A stretch of DNA of 63,447 nucleotides, filler included, from Aduncisulcus paluster (GCA_024181965.1; 41 parts of 41 records of this genome joined end to end with filler, not necessarily neighbours in it), one strand, 5' to 3'; shown: positions 45,957 to 58,258, counted from the first letter of the whole stretch. Notes: generated by a model not told the origin, from the sequence alone. Numbers and translations are program-made.

Positions 45957-46056
45957 NNNNNNNNNNNNNNNNNNNNNNNNNNNNNNNNNNNNNNNNNNNN
46001 TTAATTAATTAANNNNNNNNNNNNNNNNNNNNNNNNNNNNNNNNNNNNNNNNNNNN

Positions 46057-46817
46057 TTTGTTGATTCCCAATTTACATAGAGTGATTTTTCACTTACATA
46101 GTTATCAAAAGAAACACCTAAATCTGCCATGTCTTTTTTGATGATTTTAAGAACTTCATCTTTAGCAAATAAAGCTAACTCTTCCTCTTTTGAAGGGTCA
46201 TTAAAAACATCTTTTCCATAGAGTTCTACACATTTTTGTGCGATATCTATTAGATAGTCTCCTCTATAAAATTGCTCCGGGTATTCAACTTCTTCTTTTA
46301 AGATATTTTCTTTTGCTGCAAGATTTAATGATGTAGCTAAAAGTTGCATCTGTGCACCTGCATCATTTACATAATATTCGCTAGTTACATCATATCCTAA
46401 ATACTTTCCAACTTTAAATAAAGCATCCCCAAATACTGCACCACGAGCATGACCAATATGTAAAGGACCTGTAGGATTTGCACTAACGAACTCTAAAAGA
46501 ATTTTTTCATTTTTTGTTTCACCTTTTGCAAACTCTTCTTGTAGAGATAATGCAGTATCGATTTGTGAAGTTAAAAAATCATTTGATAATTTGAAGTTAA
46601 CAAAACCTTTTATAGCAACAACACTTTCAAAAATAGTACTATTTTCAAACTTACCTGCTAAATCTTCTGCGATCATCATAGGATTTTTTCTTAACTCTTT
46701 AGCTAATGAAAAAGCAACTGGTGTCGCAAAATGTCCTAAAGTTATATCCTTAGGTTTCTCAAGAACAACTTCTCTATCTAATACTTCTTCTATATGTTTT
46801 TTTACTGTATTTTGCAC
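46057..46817 (-). CDS. argS: Arginine--tRNA ligase, 5' part
   Basis: EFVSANPTGPLHIGHARG and EYYVNDAG motifs. Confidence 0.97.
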
Positions 46818-46836
46818 TTCAAATAACTCTTTGTTC

Positions 46837-47070
46837 TTATACTTTAGTTGTTGTGTCAGTAGTAGAGCTTTTAGTTTCTTCTACTTTTTCATCTTCAATT
46901 TTTTTATCATTAGTAGCCATAGTTGTAGGCTCGTCTTCTTTTATAGCACCTTTAAAGTCTTTGATACCTTTACCAAGACCTTTCATCATTTCAGGTATTT
47001 TCTTTCCTCCAAATAACAATACAACAACTGCTACTATTGCAAATAATTCAAATCCGCTAGGCATTCCCAT
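46837..47070 (-). CDS. tatA: Twin-arginine translocase TatA/E
   Basis: [10 protein letters not shown] and [10 protein letters not shown] motifs. Confidence 0.95.
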   Translation of the reverse strand: MGMPSGFELFAIVAVVVLLFGGKKIPEMMKGLGKGIKDFKGAIKEDEPTTMATNDKKIEDEKVEETKSSTTDTTTKV

Positions 47071-47195
47071 AATAAATTCCTTTTATAAATAATTTTAAAC
47101 GATTATACTAAATAAACTCTTAACCATTGATATATTAAAATGGCTTCTTAGTATATAGAGATATTCATCATATTTTAAATAAGGTTATTACTTCA

Positions 47196-47312
47196 ATGAA
47201 AAAAGCAATTGTAACAGGGTATAGTTCTGGAATAGGGAAAGAAATTTCTCAGATATTAGAAAAAAATGGTTATATAATCGTTCAATTAGAATCTAGGCTA
47301 GATAATTTGGTG
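47196..47312 (+). CDS. SDR oxidoreductase, 5' fragment
   Basis: Hand translation MKKAIVTGYSSGIGKEI. Confidence 0.8.
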
Positions 47313-48096
47313 NNNNNNNNNNNNNNNNNNNNNNNNNNNNNNNNNNNNNNNNNNNNTTAATTAATTAANNNNNNNNNNNNNNNNNNNNNNNNNNNNNNNN
47401 NNNNNNNNNNNNGCTTTAAAAGCTCGCCGCAGGTGCAAAATTTTTGTAATTTCGCGATATTAGACCTATATTTAAGCTTATTTCAAGCTGTATCAAATCT
47501 TGTTTTCTTAAATTATATCTTTTCAGATAAATACATAATAACAAACACTAAAATCGAGTTTGCATAGCTTACAGCTTTTCAAAAAGCCTGGAGGAGAAGG
47601 AGAAGAGGACTGGTCGACCAGAAATCGAAAGTTCACCATTAAAATTGGAAATATTATTTTTCCCTCAGGTTTCAATGACAATTATAAAAGAAAACAGGTT
47701 AAAATAACTTATACATGAAGAAAAAACAAAAATAATTAACAGACCAACAAGATTTCAAGCAAACAAAGGAAAAAATTTCATTTTTGCTAAAAGTTATTCT
47801 GATGTCTATGAAATCTGACACAGAGAAATAACTAATAATAATGTTGTTATTTATGTAATTAAATTCGAGATAACTGTAGGTAACACCATAATTTTCTATC
47901 AAATATGTTTAGTCTAAAATATTATTAATTCAATTTTGGTTCAATTGGTGAAGTATCTGTCTTGTTGAATACTTTCCTCGGGTTCGAAACCCGGTGTCGC
48001 TTCCTTTTCTAAAAGGGGCAGGATGTAATATACCTTATATTATATCATATTTTTATTATTTATTTTACTTTATTCATCATTCTCAGAGATCTATTT

Positions 48097-48707
48097 TTAG
48101 GAGTTTCGGTTCGTGCGTTTAATCTTAAATAAATTTGTCTGCGCTTTACTAAGCCTGTCACATTGGAACGGACGTTCCCCCACTGGAATACGCTCAGATT
48201 CAATTGTTTTGTGTTCCAACTCATTTTCAACCAGTTTCTTCAGCTGTACGATTGCTATACAGACTGCTGAGGGTAAATCGTTGACGTTATCACCCAGACC
48301 TGCGACTACTCTTTTCCTTAACCTCTCGCTACAGAGGCCGTCGATAAAATGTTTCACAACTTCCTCAGGTCTTCCCAATTGTGGGGCTCGGTCTCTAATC
48401 TCCCGAAAACTTCGGTTGTATCTCAATAAAGCATCGATCGACAATCTTCTTTCCATTTTACAAGCAGACAAGCTATCATATAACCCAATAGCTGTTGTAC
48501 TCGCAAAAACCTGTTCAACTGCGTTGAACGCTTTTTCTTGGTTTTCAGCGGACTTCAAATCCGGTACATCCGAAATATCCGTGATTACAGCCAGTGTACT
48601 GGCTTCAACCATTTCAATCCAGTTTTTTGTTCCCCCAAGAGACTTGTAATGTGTAAGTTCTCGTGTGAACTCTCCCCAATTTTTCGTATCCAGCGATTTC
48701 AAAAAGG
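48097..48707 (-). CDS. Retrotransposon Gag-like capsid fragment
   Basis: YNRSFREI...VKHFIDGL...LRKRV pattern; weak similarity by eye. Confidence 0.45.
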
Positions 48708-48807
48708 NNNNNNNNNNNNNNNNNNNNNNNNNNNNNNNNNNNNNNNNNNNNTTAATTAATTAANNNNNNNNNNNNNNNNNNNNNNNNNNNNNNNNNNNNN
48801 NNNNNNN

Positions 48808-49203
48808 GCTGAAGAGTTTGATTATGATGTAGAAGATAAAGTTCTCATTGAACTTGCAAAAGTTATCCACAAACATATAAGAAATTTTGATATTGTAGCA
48901 AGATTAACAGGTGATGAATTTGTTGTTGCATTAATCAATTTAAAGTCAAATAACGAAGCTCAAGTGATTGCTAAAAGAATTATTGATGAATTTGCAAATA
49001 CTGAAATTGTTGTAAATGAAGAGACTCATCAAATATTAAAAAAAACAACTTGTATAGGGATATCTTCTTTTCCTGCAGATAGTGATGATATCAACCAAGT
49101 TCTAAAAAATGCAGATACTTTTTTAAAAGAAGCAAAAAATAAAGGGCGTGGAGAGTTCGCTGTTTATCGTAAAGAGGAAGAAAGTACGATAGATTTATTC
49201 TAA
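48808..49203 (+). CDS. GGDEF-domain protein, C-terminal part
   Basis: Reads DIVARLTGDEF and EAKNKGR; active site is TGDEF. Confidence 0.85.
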   Translation, partial: AEEFDYDVEDKVLIELAKVIHKHIRNFDIVARLTGDEFVVALINLKSNNEAQVIAKRIIDEFANTEIVVNEETHQILKKTTCIGISSFPADSDDINQVLKNADTFLKEAKNKGRGEFAVYRKEEESTIDLF

Positions 49204-49292
49204 TTTTAGCTTAAATCTTGTATAATTCGCAACTTTACATAAAGGGCGACATCTAGACTCGACCCTTTAATACAAAATAAAAAGGAAATATC

Positions 49293-49493
49293 ATGAAAAA
49301 AGAGATACACCCAGATTACAAAACTTGTGTTGTAACTTGTGCTTGTGGAAATCATTTTGAAACAAGATCAAATGTAGAAACAATGAAAATTGATATCTGT
49401 TCTGAATGTCACCCATTCTTTACAGGTGAGCAAAAAATTGTTGATGCTGCTGGTAGAGTTGAGAAATTCAAAGCTAGATACGCAATGAAATAA
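49293..49493 (+). CDS. rpmE: 50S ribosomal protein L31
   Basis: [13 protein letters not shown] and [10 protein letters not shown] motifs. Confidence 0.98.
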   Translation: MKKEIHPDYKTCVVTCACGNHFETRSNVETMKIDICSECHPFFTGEQKIVDAAGRVEKFKARYAMK

Positions 49494-50127
49494 TGCTTGC
49501 ATTTGTTCCCACTCCTATTGGAAACTTAGGAGACATATCTTTTAGAACTATTGAAGTTTTAAAAGATGGTGAACTCATTTTGTGTGAAGACACAAGAGTT
49601 ACAAAAAAACTTATCAATCTTATATCTCAAAGACTTGNNNNNNNNNNNNNNNNNNNNGATACAATTCCCCCAATATGAATATATCAGTTTACACTCGCAT
49701 AATGAAAAAGCTTTTTTAACCAAAGAAAACCAAGTGTTATTAGAAACAAAAAAATGTATCTATATGAGTGATGCAGGGATGCCTTGTGTAAGTGATCCTG
49801 GAAGTTACCTTGTTGATTTTTGTTTAGAAAATGATATTGAGTATGATGTGTTACCTGGAGCGAATGCTATTTTAACTGCTTATGCAAGTAGTGGATTTTC
49901 AAATACTACATTTACTTTTTTTGGTTTTTTACCTCACAAAGGGAGTAATAGGTCAGATATGTTGGATAAAGTGATGAATAGTGAAAACTTAGCTATTCTT
50001 TATGAATCACCACATCGATTGATGAAACTTATTGAAGAGATAGATGAGATTGATTCAAATAGAGAAATATTTTTAACAAAAGAGCTTACCAAAAAATTTC
50101 AAACAAGATATAAAAATAAAGTTAATG
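49493..50127 (+). CDS. rsmI: 16S rRNA C1402 2'-O-methyltransferase
   Basis: [28 protein letters not shown] and YESPHR motifs; N gap. Confidence 0.95.
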
Positions 50128-50227
50128 NNNNNNNNNNNNNNNNNNNNNNNNNNNNNNNNNNNNNNNNNNNNTTAATTAATTAANNNNNNNNNNNNNNNNN
50201 NNNNNNNNNNNNNNNNNNNNNNNNNNN

Positions 50228-51301
50228 ACTGCAAAAATTGCTCATAATGCACTTCTTGAAAAAAGAGAATTTAATTGTGAATATAGAATTATTACAAAAG
50301 ATAATATTGTAAAATGGGTATGGGAACAAGGTGTTGGCATTTACGATGAAAATGACACTCTTCAATTTATAGAAGGGTTTATAACTGATGTTACTTCTCA
50401 AAAAGAATTAAATATAACCTTGAAAGAGGAATTGATAAAAAAAGATAAAGAGTTGTTAGCAAATCTTACTTTAGTGAATGAATACAAAAAAGCAGTCGAT
50501 GAGAGTGCTATAGTTACCAAAACAACTCCAGGTGGTATTATTACTTTTGTCAATGATGAGTTTTGTAGAATTTCTGGTTATTCAAGAGAAGAAGTACTAG
50601 GGAAATCGCACAATATAGTAAGGCATCCGCAAAATCCAAATTCACTTTTTATAGATCTATGGGAAACAATTCAATCTAAAGCAATATGGAAAGGTGTTAT
50701 TAAAAACAGAACAAAATCTTTAAATACTTATTATGTAAAAACAACAATTGTACCTATTTTAGATTCTGACGAAAATATTAAAGAGTTTATTGCCATAAGG
50801 CATGATGTGACTGATCTTATATTGCAAGAGAAAAAAATAAAATTTCAGACTACTGATTTGATGACACAACTTCCTAATAGACAAAAAGTGATGGAAGATT
50901 TAAAGAAAAGTGATCATTTAAAATTGGCAATTATAAATATAGAAAAATTCAAAGAGATCAATGAATATTATGGATTTGATATTGGTGATCGACTTTTAGT
51001 TGAACTCTCCACTTTATTATCTAAAGAACTTTGCCAATACCAAGCAAAACTCTATAAGCTTCCAGCTGATGAATTTGCTATTTTAGTAAATGATTCTGTC
51101 ACCAGTATTGAATTTAGAGAGTTGCTTTTGTATTTATTAAATAAGATACGAACAAATATATTTGAAATTGAGGAGTACAGGTTTACTATTAGAGCTATTG
51201 CAGGTGCTTCTATGCAAAAAAATTATTTTATTCATGCGGAGATGGCAGCTAATTATGCAAAAGAATCAAATCAGAATTTAGTTTTTTTCGATATTATGTA
51301 G
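50228..51301 (+). CDS. Multi-PAS plus degenerate GGDEF signalling protein, fragment
   Basis: Frame open from the contig edge; PAS VNDEFCRISGYS; TDLMTQLPNR; PADEF. Confidence 0.85.
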   Translation, partial: TAKIAHNALLEKREFNCEYRIITKDNIVKWVWEQGVGIYDENDTLQFIEGFITDVTSQKELNITLKEELIKKDKELLANLTLVNEYKKAVDESAIVTKTTPGGIITFVNDEFCRISGYSREEVLGKSHNIVRHPQNPNSLFIDLWETIQSKAIWKGVIKNRTKSLNTYYVKTTIVPILDSDENIKEFIAIRHDVTDLILQEKKIKFQTTDLMTQLPNRQKVMEDLKKSDHLKLAIINIEKFKEINEYYGFDIGDRLLVELSTLLSKELCQYQAKLYKLPADEFAILVNDSVTSIEFRELLLYLLNKIRTNIFEIEEYRFTIRAIAGASMQKNYFIHAEMAANYAKESNQNLVFFDIM

Positions 51302-51423
51302 CAAATGTTCCAACTTAAAACTTNNNNNNNNNNNNNNNNNNNNNNNNNNNNNNNNNNNNNNNNNNNNTTAATTAATTAANNNNNNNNNNNNNNNNNNNNN
51401 NNNNNNNNNNNNNNNNNNNNNNN

Positions 51424-51736
51424 GAACGAGATCCGGATTGCGTCGGGCGGCGGCGAACAGACCCAGGGTGGTGTGCAAAAGCGCTTCGACGTTCTTCGAG
51501 CGCGGTGCCCAGACCGGCGTCACCGTGACGTCTTTCCAGACGTAGGGCTCCGGCGACGGAAGGTACGGCTTGCGCCCGAGCACTTCGACCCGCCAGCCGC
51601 GCTGCGCGATCCGGACCGCGAGCGCGGCAACATGGGTTTCGACCCCGCCCTGAATCTCGGGGATGCCGCGCAGCCCGAGGAAGATCACCTTTCTCGGAGG
51701 ACGGTCCGCTCCACCGGCTGGTATCAACGTGTACAT
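51424..51736 (-). CDS. Glycosyltransferase family 4, 5' fragment
   Basis: LGLRGIPEIQGGVETH motif. Confidence 0.85.
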
Positions 51737-53053
51737 CAGTGCACCACCGTCTCGTAGAGCGCCATCGTGCGGTCGCGATATTTCTCGGGAGAGAATTCCC
51801 GCAGCACCCAGTCGCGGCCCGCGGCACCAAGCCGGTTTCGCGCCGTCCGCGGCAGCTTCGCCATGCTCGCCAGGGCTTCGGCCAGCATGCCGACATTGCC
51901 CGGCGCCACCAGTACACCGGTCTTGTTGTGAACGATGAGCTCCGGAATGCCGCCGATCCGCGTCCCGATCACCGGGCGACCGAGCGCGTAAGCCTCAAGC
52001 ACGCTGATCGGCGCGTTCTCGTACCATTCAGAGGCGAGCACCAGGGCGCGCGATTCTCCGATCAGCTGCTTCAGCTCCGGCTTGGCCATGTGGCCCGCGA
52101 AGACAATGTCGGCGTCGAGCTCGAATGCGAGCTGACGCAAGGCCGCCTCTTCGGGACCGGCGCCGACCAGGACCAGCCGCTGATGCGCGAGCGCCGCGGC
52201 GCGTATCAACGTGCCGAGCCCCTTCTCCGGCGCGAGCCGGCCCGCATAGACGAAGTAGTTGCCCTCGTTACACCAGGGCGTGAACTGCTCCGCGTCGACG
52301 AAATTCGGGATGTAGGCGATGCGGCTCGCGTCCCAACCCCATTCCACCAGCTTGTCGCGATAGAAGCGGCTCGGCGCGATCAGGCAGTCCAGCGTGTCGC
52401 GGTAGAGACCGAAGCTGCGGTGGACCAGGGTCTCGAGGAAGACGAGCCCGCTCACCACGGCGGAATCCTTGACGCAGCGCCGCAGCAGCAGGTTGTGGAT
52501 CCGTCCGCCGCGGCAACGCTCGCAGACCTCGCCGTGGCTCAGCATCTTGTAGGCTGGACAGGCAAGCTTGAGATCGTGCGCCGTCATCACCACAGGCACG
52601 CCTTCGGCCTTGNNNNNNNNNNNNNNNNNNNNNNNNNNNNNNNNNNNNNNNNNNNNNNNNNNNNNNNNNNNNNNNNNNNNNNNNNNNNNNNNNNNNNNNN
52701 NNNNNNNNNNNNNNNNNNNNNNNNNNNNNNNNNNNNNNNNNNNNNGTGGGCGTGCGCGACCGACGGCTGGACGCGGGCGATCAGGGCGCGGATCTTCCGG
52801 CGTGCCTCCAGCGAGAAGATGATCTTGGCCGCCTGCCTGGCCTTGGTGATCGGCCCGTTGATCCGGCCATACTCGATCTCGGAGACGAAGTAGTCGGACC
52901 ACGGGCTCGGCAGATTGTCGGGATGCTCCATCGCGAAGGGCACGACATCCCAGCCGGCGGCCGCGAACAGATCGATCTGGTCGAGGAAGACGCTCTCGGC
53001 GCCGCCGCGCCGGTAGAAGTAGTTGTTGATGGCCAGCAACCGGCGCTCGCTCG
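51736..53053 (-). CDS. Glycosyltransferase family 4
   Basis: RGGAE, GRLAPEKG and YENAPISVLEA motifs; split by an N gap. Confidence 0.92.
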
Positions 53054-53210
53054 NNNNNNNNNNNNNNNNNNNNNNNNNNNNNNNNNNNNNNNNNNNNTTA
53101 ATTAATTAANNNNNNNNNNNNNNNNNNNNNNNNNNNNNNNNNNNNNNNNNNNNATATTGAAAGAAGAACTTAAACTTTCTATTAAATGAAATTAGAGAAA
53201 TACTAAAATT

Positions 53211-53352
53211 AATAAAAACGAAATGCTAACAAAAGTAACCGTTGCGCATCCACATAAAATTAGATAAATAGAATATAAAAGCCTTAAAAATTTGTCAATA
53301 GGCAAGCTTTTAAGGCTTTGTTTTTTGCTTTTAGTTAGTGAAAAAGTAAAAT
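53211..53352 (+). repeat. Direct repeat copy 1 (start of a ~340-bp intergenic element, attC-like)
   Basis: AATAAAAACG...AACAAAAGTAAcCGTTGCGCATCCACATAAAATTAGAT...; highly similar to 54111-54252. Confidence 0.9.
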
Positions 53353-53566
53353 TATTGAGGTCTTAAACCAGATCAGCAGCTTAAAAAGAAAAATAGAATT
53401 TGGAAGGTCTATTACAGAAATGTATTTTTAGATAGATTAACGAAAATAAAGTAAGATCAAAAGAATCATCAACAAGGGTAAAGACTAATTTGGTGTAAAG
53501 GCTAATCTTTAACTTGTGTAAAGGATGTGCCTTTACGAATATTTTTGCTCCTGATCTAGACATTAA

Positions 53567-54115
53567 ATGAAAAATAGAAGTTACAAAAAACCATATATTC
53601 TGTTGCTGGCGATAACAATTAGTCTTGTATCAGCTTGTTCCTCCTGGAGACTTCAGAATAATTTGAAAATGACCGACGAGCAATATTTTTCATATTTAAG
53701 GAAAGATACTTCAATTTGTGAAATTCCTGAATTGAAAATCAAACATACATTTTTTGAAATCCTTGACACAATTATTTTGACAAAAGCCAATTTCAGTATT
53801 GACCCAAATCCCTACGTACTCAGCATTGAAATAAGTAATCAAAATGAAAATCTTATTTACAAAATTCAGACTTTATATTCGACTTTGAATCTCCCCTATT
53901 ATTACCAAGGAGCTTTTAATTATAAGAATGAAATATTTGTTGTTTCGAAAGCATCGCAGCTAACGTCAGATTTTTATTCTGAAAGAAATCCTAAACAAGT
54001 AAGAATTCCATTTTGTGGAAGAATACATCATCCAAAGTTTAATTTTGTCGCAATAATTGAAAATAGAAACGTTGATTTTGAGTGGATTGAAAATGAAATA
54101 ATAACAATAAAATAA
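53567..54115 (+). CDS. Hypothetical lipoprotein (cassette-like cargo)
   Basis: Signal peptide with lipobox LVSAC; fills the space between the repeats. Confidence 0.75.
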   Translation: MKNRSYKKPYILLLAITISLVSACSSWRLQNNLKMTDEQYFSYLRKDTSICEIPELKIKHTFFEILDTIILTKANFSIDPNPYVLSIEISNQNENLIYKIQTLYSTLNLPYYYQGAFNYKNEIFVVSKASQLTSDFYSERNPKQVRIPFCGRIHHPKFNFVAIIENRNVDFEWIENEIITIK

Positions 54116-54252
54116 AAACGGCTTACAACAAAAGTAAGCGTTGCGCATCCACATAAAATTAGATGAATAAAATATAAAAGCCTTAAAAGTTTGTCTCTTG
54201 GCTAGCTTTTAAGGCTTTGTTTTTTGCTTTTAATTCTTGAAAAAGTAAAAAT
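54111..54252 (+). repeat. Direct repeat copy 2 (cut by contig end)
   Basis: Begins at the lipoprotein stop codon, about 900 bp after copy 1. Confidence 0.9.
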
Positions 54253-54376
54253 NNNNNNNNNNNNNNNNNNNNNNNNNNNNNNNNNNNNNNNNNNNNTTAA
54301 TTAATTAANNNNNNNNNNNNNNNNNNNNNNNNNNNNNNNNNNNNNNNNNNNNATTGAAGGTGATTGTAGAGGGTTT

Positions 54377-55120
54377 TTGGCTGGACGAAATGTTCGTTTG
54401 GTGATATATATTTACGGAAGAGACGGTTCTATGCCTCCTCTTACGGCTGTAGCAACTGCTTCTACTTCACAACCTGTAGAGATGCCTCACGAAATGCCCA
54501 CTAGATCCATAGCTCCAGTGGAATCATACACAGAAGAAGAAATCCAAGATATTTTACTCCAGGGCGAATTTAGATATATTTTTCCTCGGAGTACAACTTC
54601 TACAGCTGCACTATTGGCATGCTGGAAGCGAATCGTGCTCACAGGTAGCAACAAAGTTGAGCAGAGAAGATTGATGGATTCCGTCCCCATTGAAGTGAGC
54701 CTTATGGCCGCTTCTTTTCGGGATATTCAGGGTCCTGAGAGGGCAGAAACTCCATTAATGGTTTATGTTCCCAATGATGTAGTTGGTGAGTTAGCTCGAC
54801 GCCTTCCTCAACAAGTCTATGATATGACCCGTGAGATAAGAAGGCGTCGTGCAACAGCGTTGTCAAGGTTGTCAGACAATACTGGACGTCAAAGATGGCG
54901 AGGTAATGCCACTACACAACAAGATACTGTTGAAGAGGAAGCTGAGGCTGCCGTTCCTCGGACAAGTGGCATTGTTCCATTAGTAACCCCTGAGATACGG
55001 CCGGGGGATCCGTTTATTCGTGACGAAGAGGACGGTCCTCCAACACCCCCACAACTGACTCAACAAGCACCAGTTGTTGGTCATTCGGAGGATCAAATAT
55101 CACCTGGAAGTGAGGAATAA
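54377..55120 (+). CDS. Hypothetical protein, probably eukaryotic
   Basis: 247-aa ORF followed by an AT-rich flank; no motif recognised. Confidence 0.5.
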   Translation: MAGRNVRLVIYIYGRDGSMPPLTAVATASTSQPVEMPHEMPTRSIAPVESYTEEEIQDILLQGEFRYIFPRSTTSTAALLACWKRIVLTGSNKVEQRRLMDSVPIEVSLMAASFRDIQGPERAETPLMVYVPNDVVGELARRLPQQVYDMTREIRRRRATALSRLSDNTGRQRWRGNATTQQDTVEEEAEAAVPRTSGIVPLVTPEIRPGDPFIRDEEDGPPTPPQLTQQAPVVGHSEDQISPGSEE

Positions 55121-55500
55121 GGGGAAGTTCTCCTTGTCTCTTTGAAAGAAATCTCCAAGACCTCGAGATTATATCTATTTTGTTTTCTATCAATCTGTTA
55201 ATTAAATAAATGTATATTTATAAAAATTTATTCTAAATGTAATATACCATTTTCATCTGATACCCAATATTCAATTCCTTCATGAGGGAATGAAAATGGT
55301 GGATCATCTTCTTTTAAGTCGAGAACCTTTTGAGTTGTCTTAGATCTATAATATCCATCTTCTCTATAACCAATGGCATGTACTGTTTTATGTATCCAAT
55401 NNNNNNNNNNNNNNNNNNNNNNNNNNNNNNNNNNNNNNNNNNNNTTAATTAATTAANNNNNNNNNNNNNNNNNNNNNNNNNNNNNNNNNNNNNNNNNNNN

Positions 55501-55784
55501 AAAATAATTTTATTTATAAACTGTTAGCAAACCAGTATTATTTACCACATTTTTGGGATGTTGTTGTTACGAAAATATATAAAGTACTTTCAAAAATTTC
55601 ATGGAAAGTTATAGATATCAGAATCATAGATAGTTTAGTAGATAGTATAGCCAGTAGAATAGTAAATGGTGCTAATATAGGAACTTCTATGCAAAATGGA
55701 AATTTATCAAGTGCTTTAAAATGGATGGGGCTTGGTATTTTGATGCTATTGGTCTTAATATTAGTGTTCAGTGATTTAAGATAA
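55501..55784 (+). CDS. nuoL: NADH-quinone oxidoreductase subunit L, 3' fragment
   Basis: SWKVIDIRIIDSLVD and SMQNGNLSSAL; directly before nuoM. Confidence 0.8.
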
Positions 55785-55797
55785 GGAAAGGAAACAG

Positions 55798-56581
55798 ATG
55801 GAACATATTTTATCAATTTTGATTTTTTTTCCAGCTTTTGCTGCAATATTAGGTTTTTTAGTAAACAAAAATGCAATTAGAGCGTATGGAATAACAGTCG
55901 TAACTATAGAGTTTTTACTTTCTTGTTATTTATGGTTAGGGTTTGATAACTCTGACTTTACTATGCAATTTAAAGAGTTCATACCACTTATCTCACAATA
56001 TGGTATCTCTTATAATTTAGGAATAGATGGTATCTCATTGTTTTTAGTAATCATGACTACTTTTATGACAATGATTTCTATTATAGGATTGAGTGAAAGA
56101 AAAGAGTTAAAAAATTTAATACTTACTGTATTATTTTTAGAGATGACAATGATTGGGGTATTTGTAGTATTAGATGTTATTTTATTTTATATTTTTTGGG
56201 AGCTTTCTTTAGTTCCTATGCTTTATATTGTTGGTGCATGGGGTGGAAAATATAGAATCTATGCTGCTGTTAAGTTTTTTATTTATACATTTACAGGGTC
56301 TTTAGTTATGCTTGTTGGGATGTTATATTTAGGATATATATTTTATACAGAAACAGGAGTGTGGAGTTTTAATCTACTTGATTGGAATGTTTTGGTGATG
56401 CCAATAGATATGCAAATGTGGCTATTTGTTGCATTTTTCTTAGGCTTTGCTGTAAAAGTTCCTATGGTACCTTTTCATACTTGGCTTCCATACGCACATG
56501 GACAAGCACCAACAATAGGTTCTGTAATACTAGCAGCTATTTTATTAAAAATGGGAACTTACGGTTTTATTCGATATTCTC
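55798..56581 (+). CDS. nuoM: NADH-quinone oxidoreductase subunit M, 5' part
   Basis: GIDGISL, FYIFWE and KVPMVPFHTWLPYAHGQAPT motifs. Confidence 0.95.
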
Positions 56582-56681
56582 NNNNNNNNNNNNNNNNNNN
56601 NNNNNNNNNNNNNNNNNNNNNNNNNTTAATTAATTAANNNNNNNNNNNNNNNNNNNNNNNNNNNNNNNNNNNNNNNNNNNN

Positions 56682-58251
56682 GGTGAAGATATGTCTAATA
56701 TAAAAGATTCTAACGGCATATATAATATCCAGAAGTTAGCAAAATTTGCAGCAGAAAAAACTGAAGGTTATTTTAGTTGGTATTGGTTTAAGCCAAACAG
56801 CATCTTACCCAAAGATAAAAAAATGTATAAAAAAATTGGATATATTAGATATATCAAGGAGTTAGATTGGTTTATTGGAACAGGAGAATATATACAAGAG
56901 TTTGAAAATGATATTAAAAATGAACTTATAAAAGAGATTCAAGAGATACGATTTGGGGGAGATGGGTATATATTTATGCATCAATATGATGGTGTGGTAT
57001 TGACACATATTGATACTCAGAAAATAGGGAAAAATTTTATAGAGCTACAAAATGAAAGTGGTAAATATATTGTTAAAGATATTATTGAAGTTGCAAAAAA
57101 AGGTTCAGGATTTATTGAGTATACCATACCCCAAAGGGCGACAGATAAAAGAGGGGAAAGAAAGCTTTCTTATATTGCCGGCTTAGATGATTGGCAATGG
57201 CAAATAGGTGCTGGAACATACCTTTCAAATATAAACAAAGTTGTTACAAAAAGAGAATTAGAGTTTAAAGAGAAACTATACTCATCATTGATTAGTATAG
57301 TTATCTCAAGTGTATTTTTGACATTAGTTTTGATATATATTATGTTAAAACTTTTAACGATCATAGAAGCAGAGTTTGCAAAATACGAAAAAGCATTAAG
57401 TGATCATATTTTTGAAAGTCACAAAAAAGATAAACTATTATCTGAGCAGGCCAAACTAGCATCTATGGGTGAAATGATAGCAAATATTGCGCACCAATGG
57501 AGACAGCCACTTTCTGTCATATCTACAGCTGCAACAGGGATGAAGATGCAAAAAGAGTTTGGGTGTTTGCCTGATGATATCTTTAATAACTCTTGTGATG
57601 CTATTAATAATAATGCTCAATATCTTTCATCTACAATCGATGATTTTAAAAATTTTATCAAAGGTGATAGTTCGACAACAACTTTTGATGTGACACATAC
57701 NNNNNNNNNNNNNNNNNNNNNNNNNNNNNNNNNNNNNNNNNNNNNNNNNNNNNNNNNNNNNNNNNNNNNNNNNNNNNNNNNNNNNNNNNNNNNNNNNNNN
57801 NNNNNNNNNNNNNGAGGGTACTATTAAGACACATAATATTGATGTGATTTTAGATTTAGAGAAAAATTTAGTAGTAACCGGTTATGAAAATCAAATGCTA
57901 CAATGTTTGATGAATATTTTTAATAATGCAAAAGATGCTTTTGAGTTAAATAAAGTAAAAAATAAAGAGTTTTATATTGTACTAAAAAAAGAGACAAGCG
58001 TTTATACTTTAGAATTGAAAGATAATGCAGGTGGGATACCAAAGAAAATTCTTTCTAAAATATTTGAACCGTATTTTACAACAAAACACAAGTCACAAGG
58101 GACAGGTTTAGGGCTTCATATGACATATAATCTCATTACTCAAGGTATGAATGGAAAAATCGTTGCATCGAATTCTAACTTCAAAGATACAAGTGGACAA
58201 GATGTAAACGGAGCAGTGTTTACTATAACGTTGCCATTAGAAAAGATATAG
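56682..58251 (+). CDS. Cache-domain sensor histidine kinase
   Basis: Cache repeats, TM helix, IAHQWRQPL H-box, DNAGGI and GTGLGL; N gap. Confidence 0.92.
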
Positions 58252-58258
58252 GAAAAAG

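Noticed and set aside
51290-51323. Early stop where an EAL domain might follow
   Set aside because: Within 25 nt of a contig end, where sequence is unreliable.
53211-54252. The direct repeats as a CRISPR array or IS ends
   Set aside because: Units are too long, the spacer is a whole gene, and no transposase or cas gene is on the contig.
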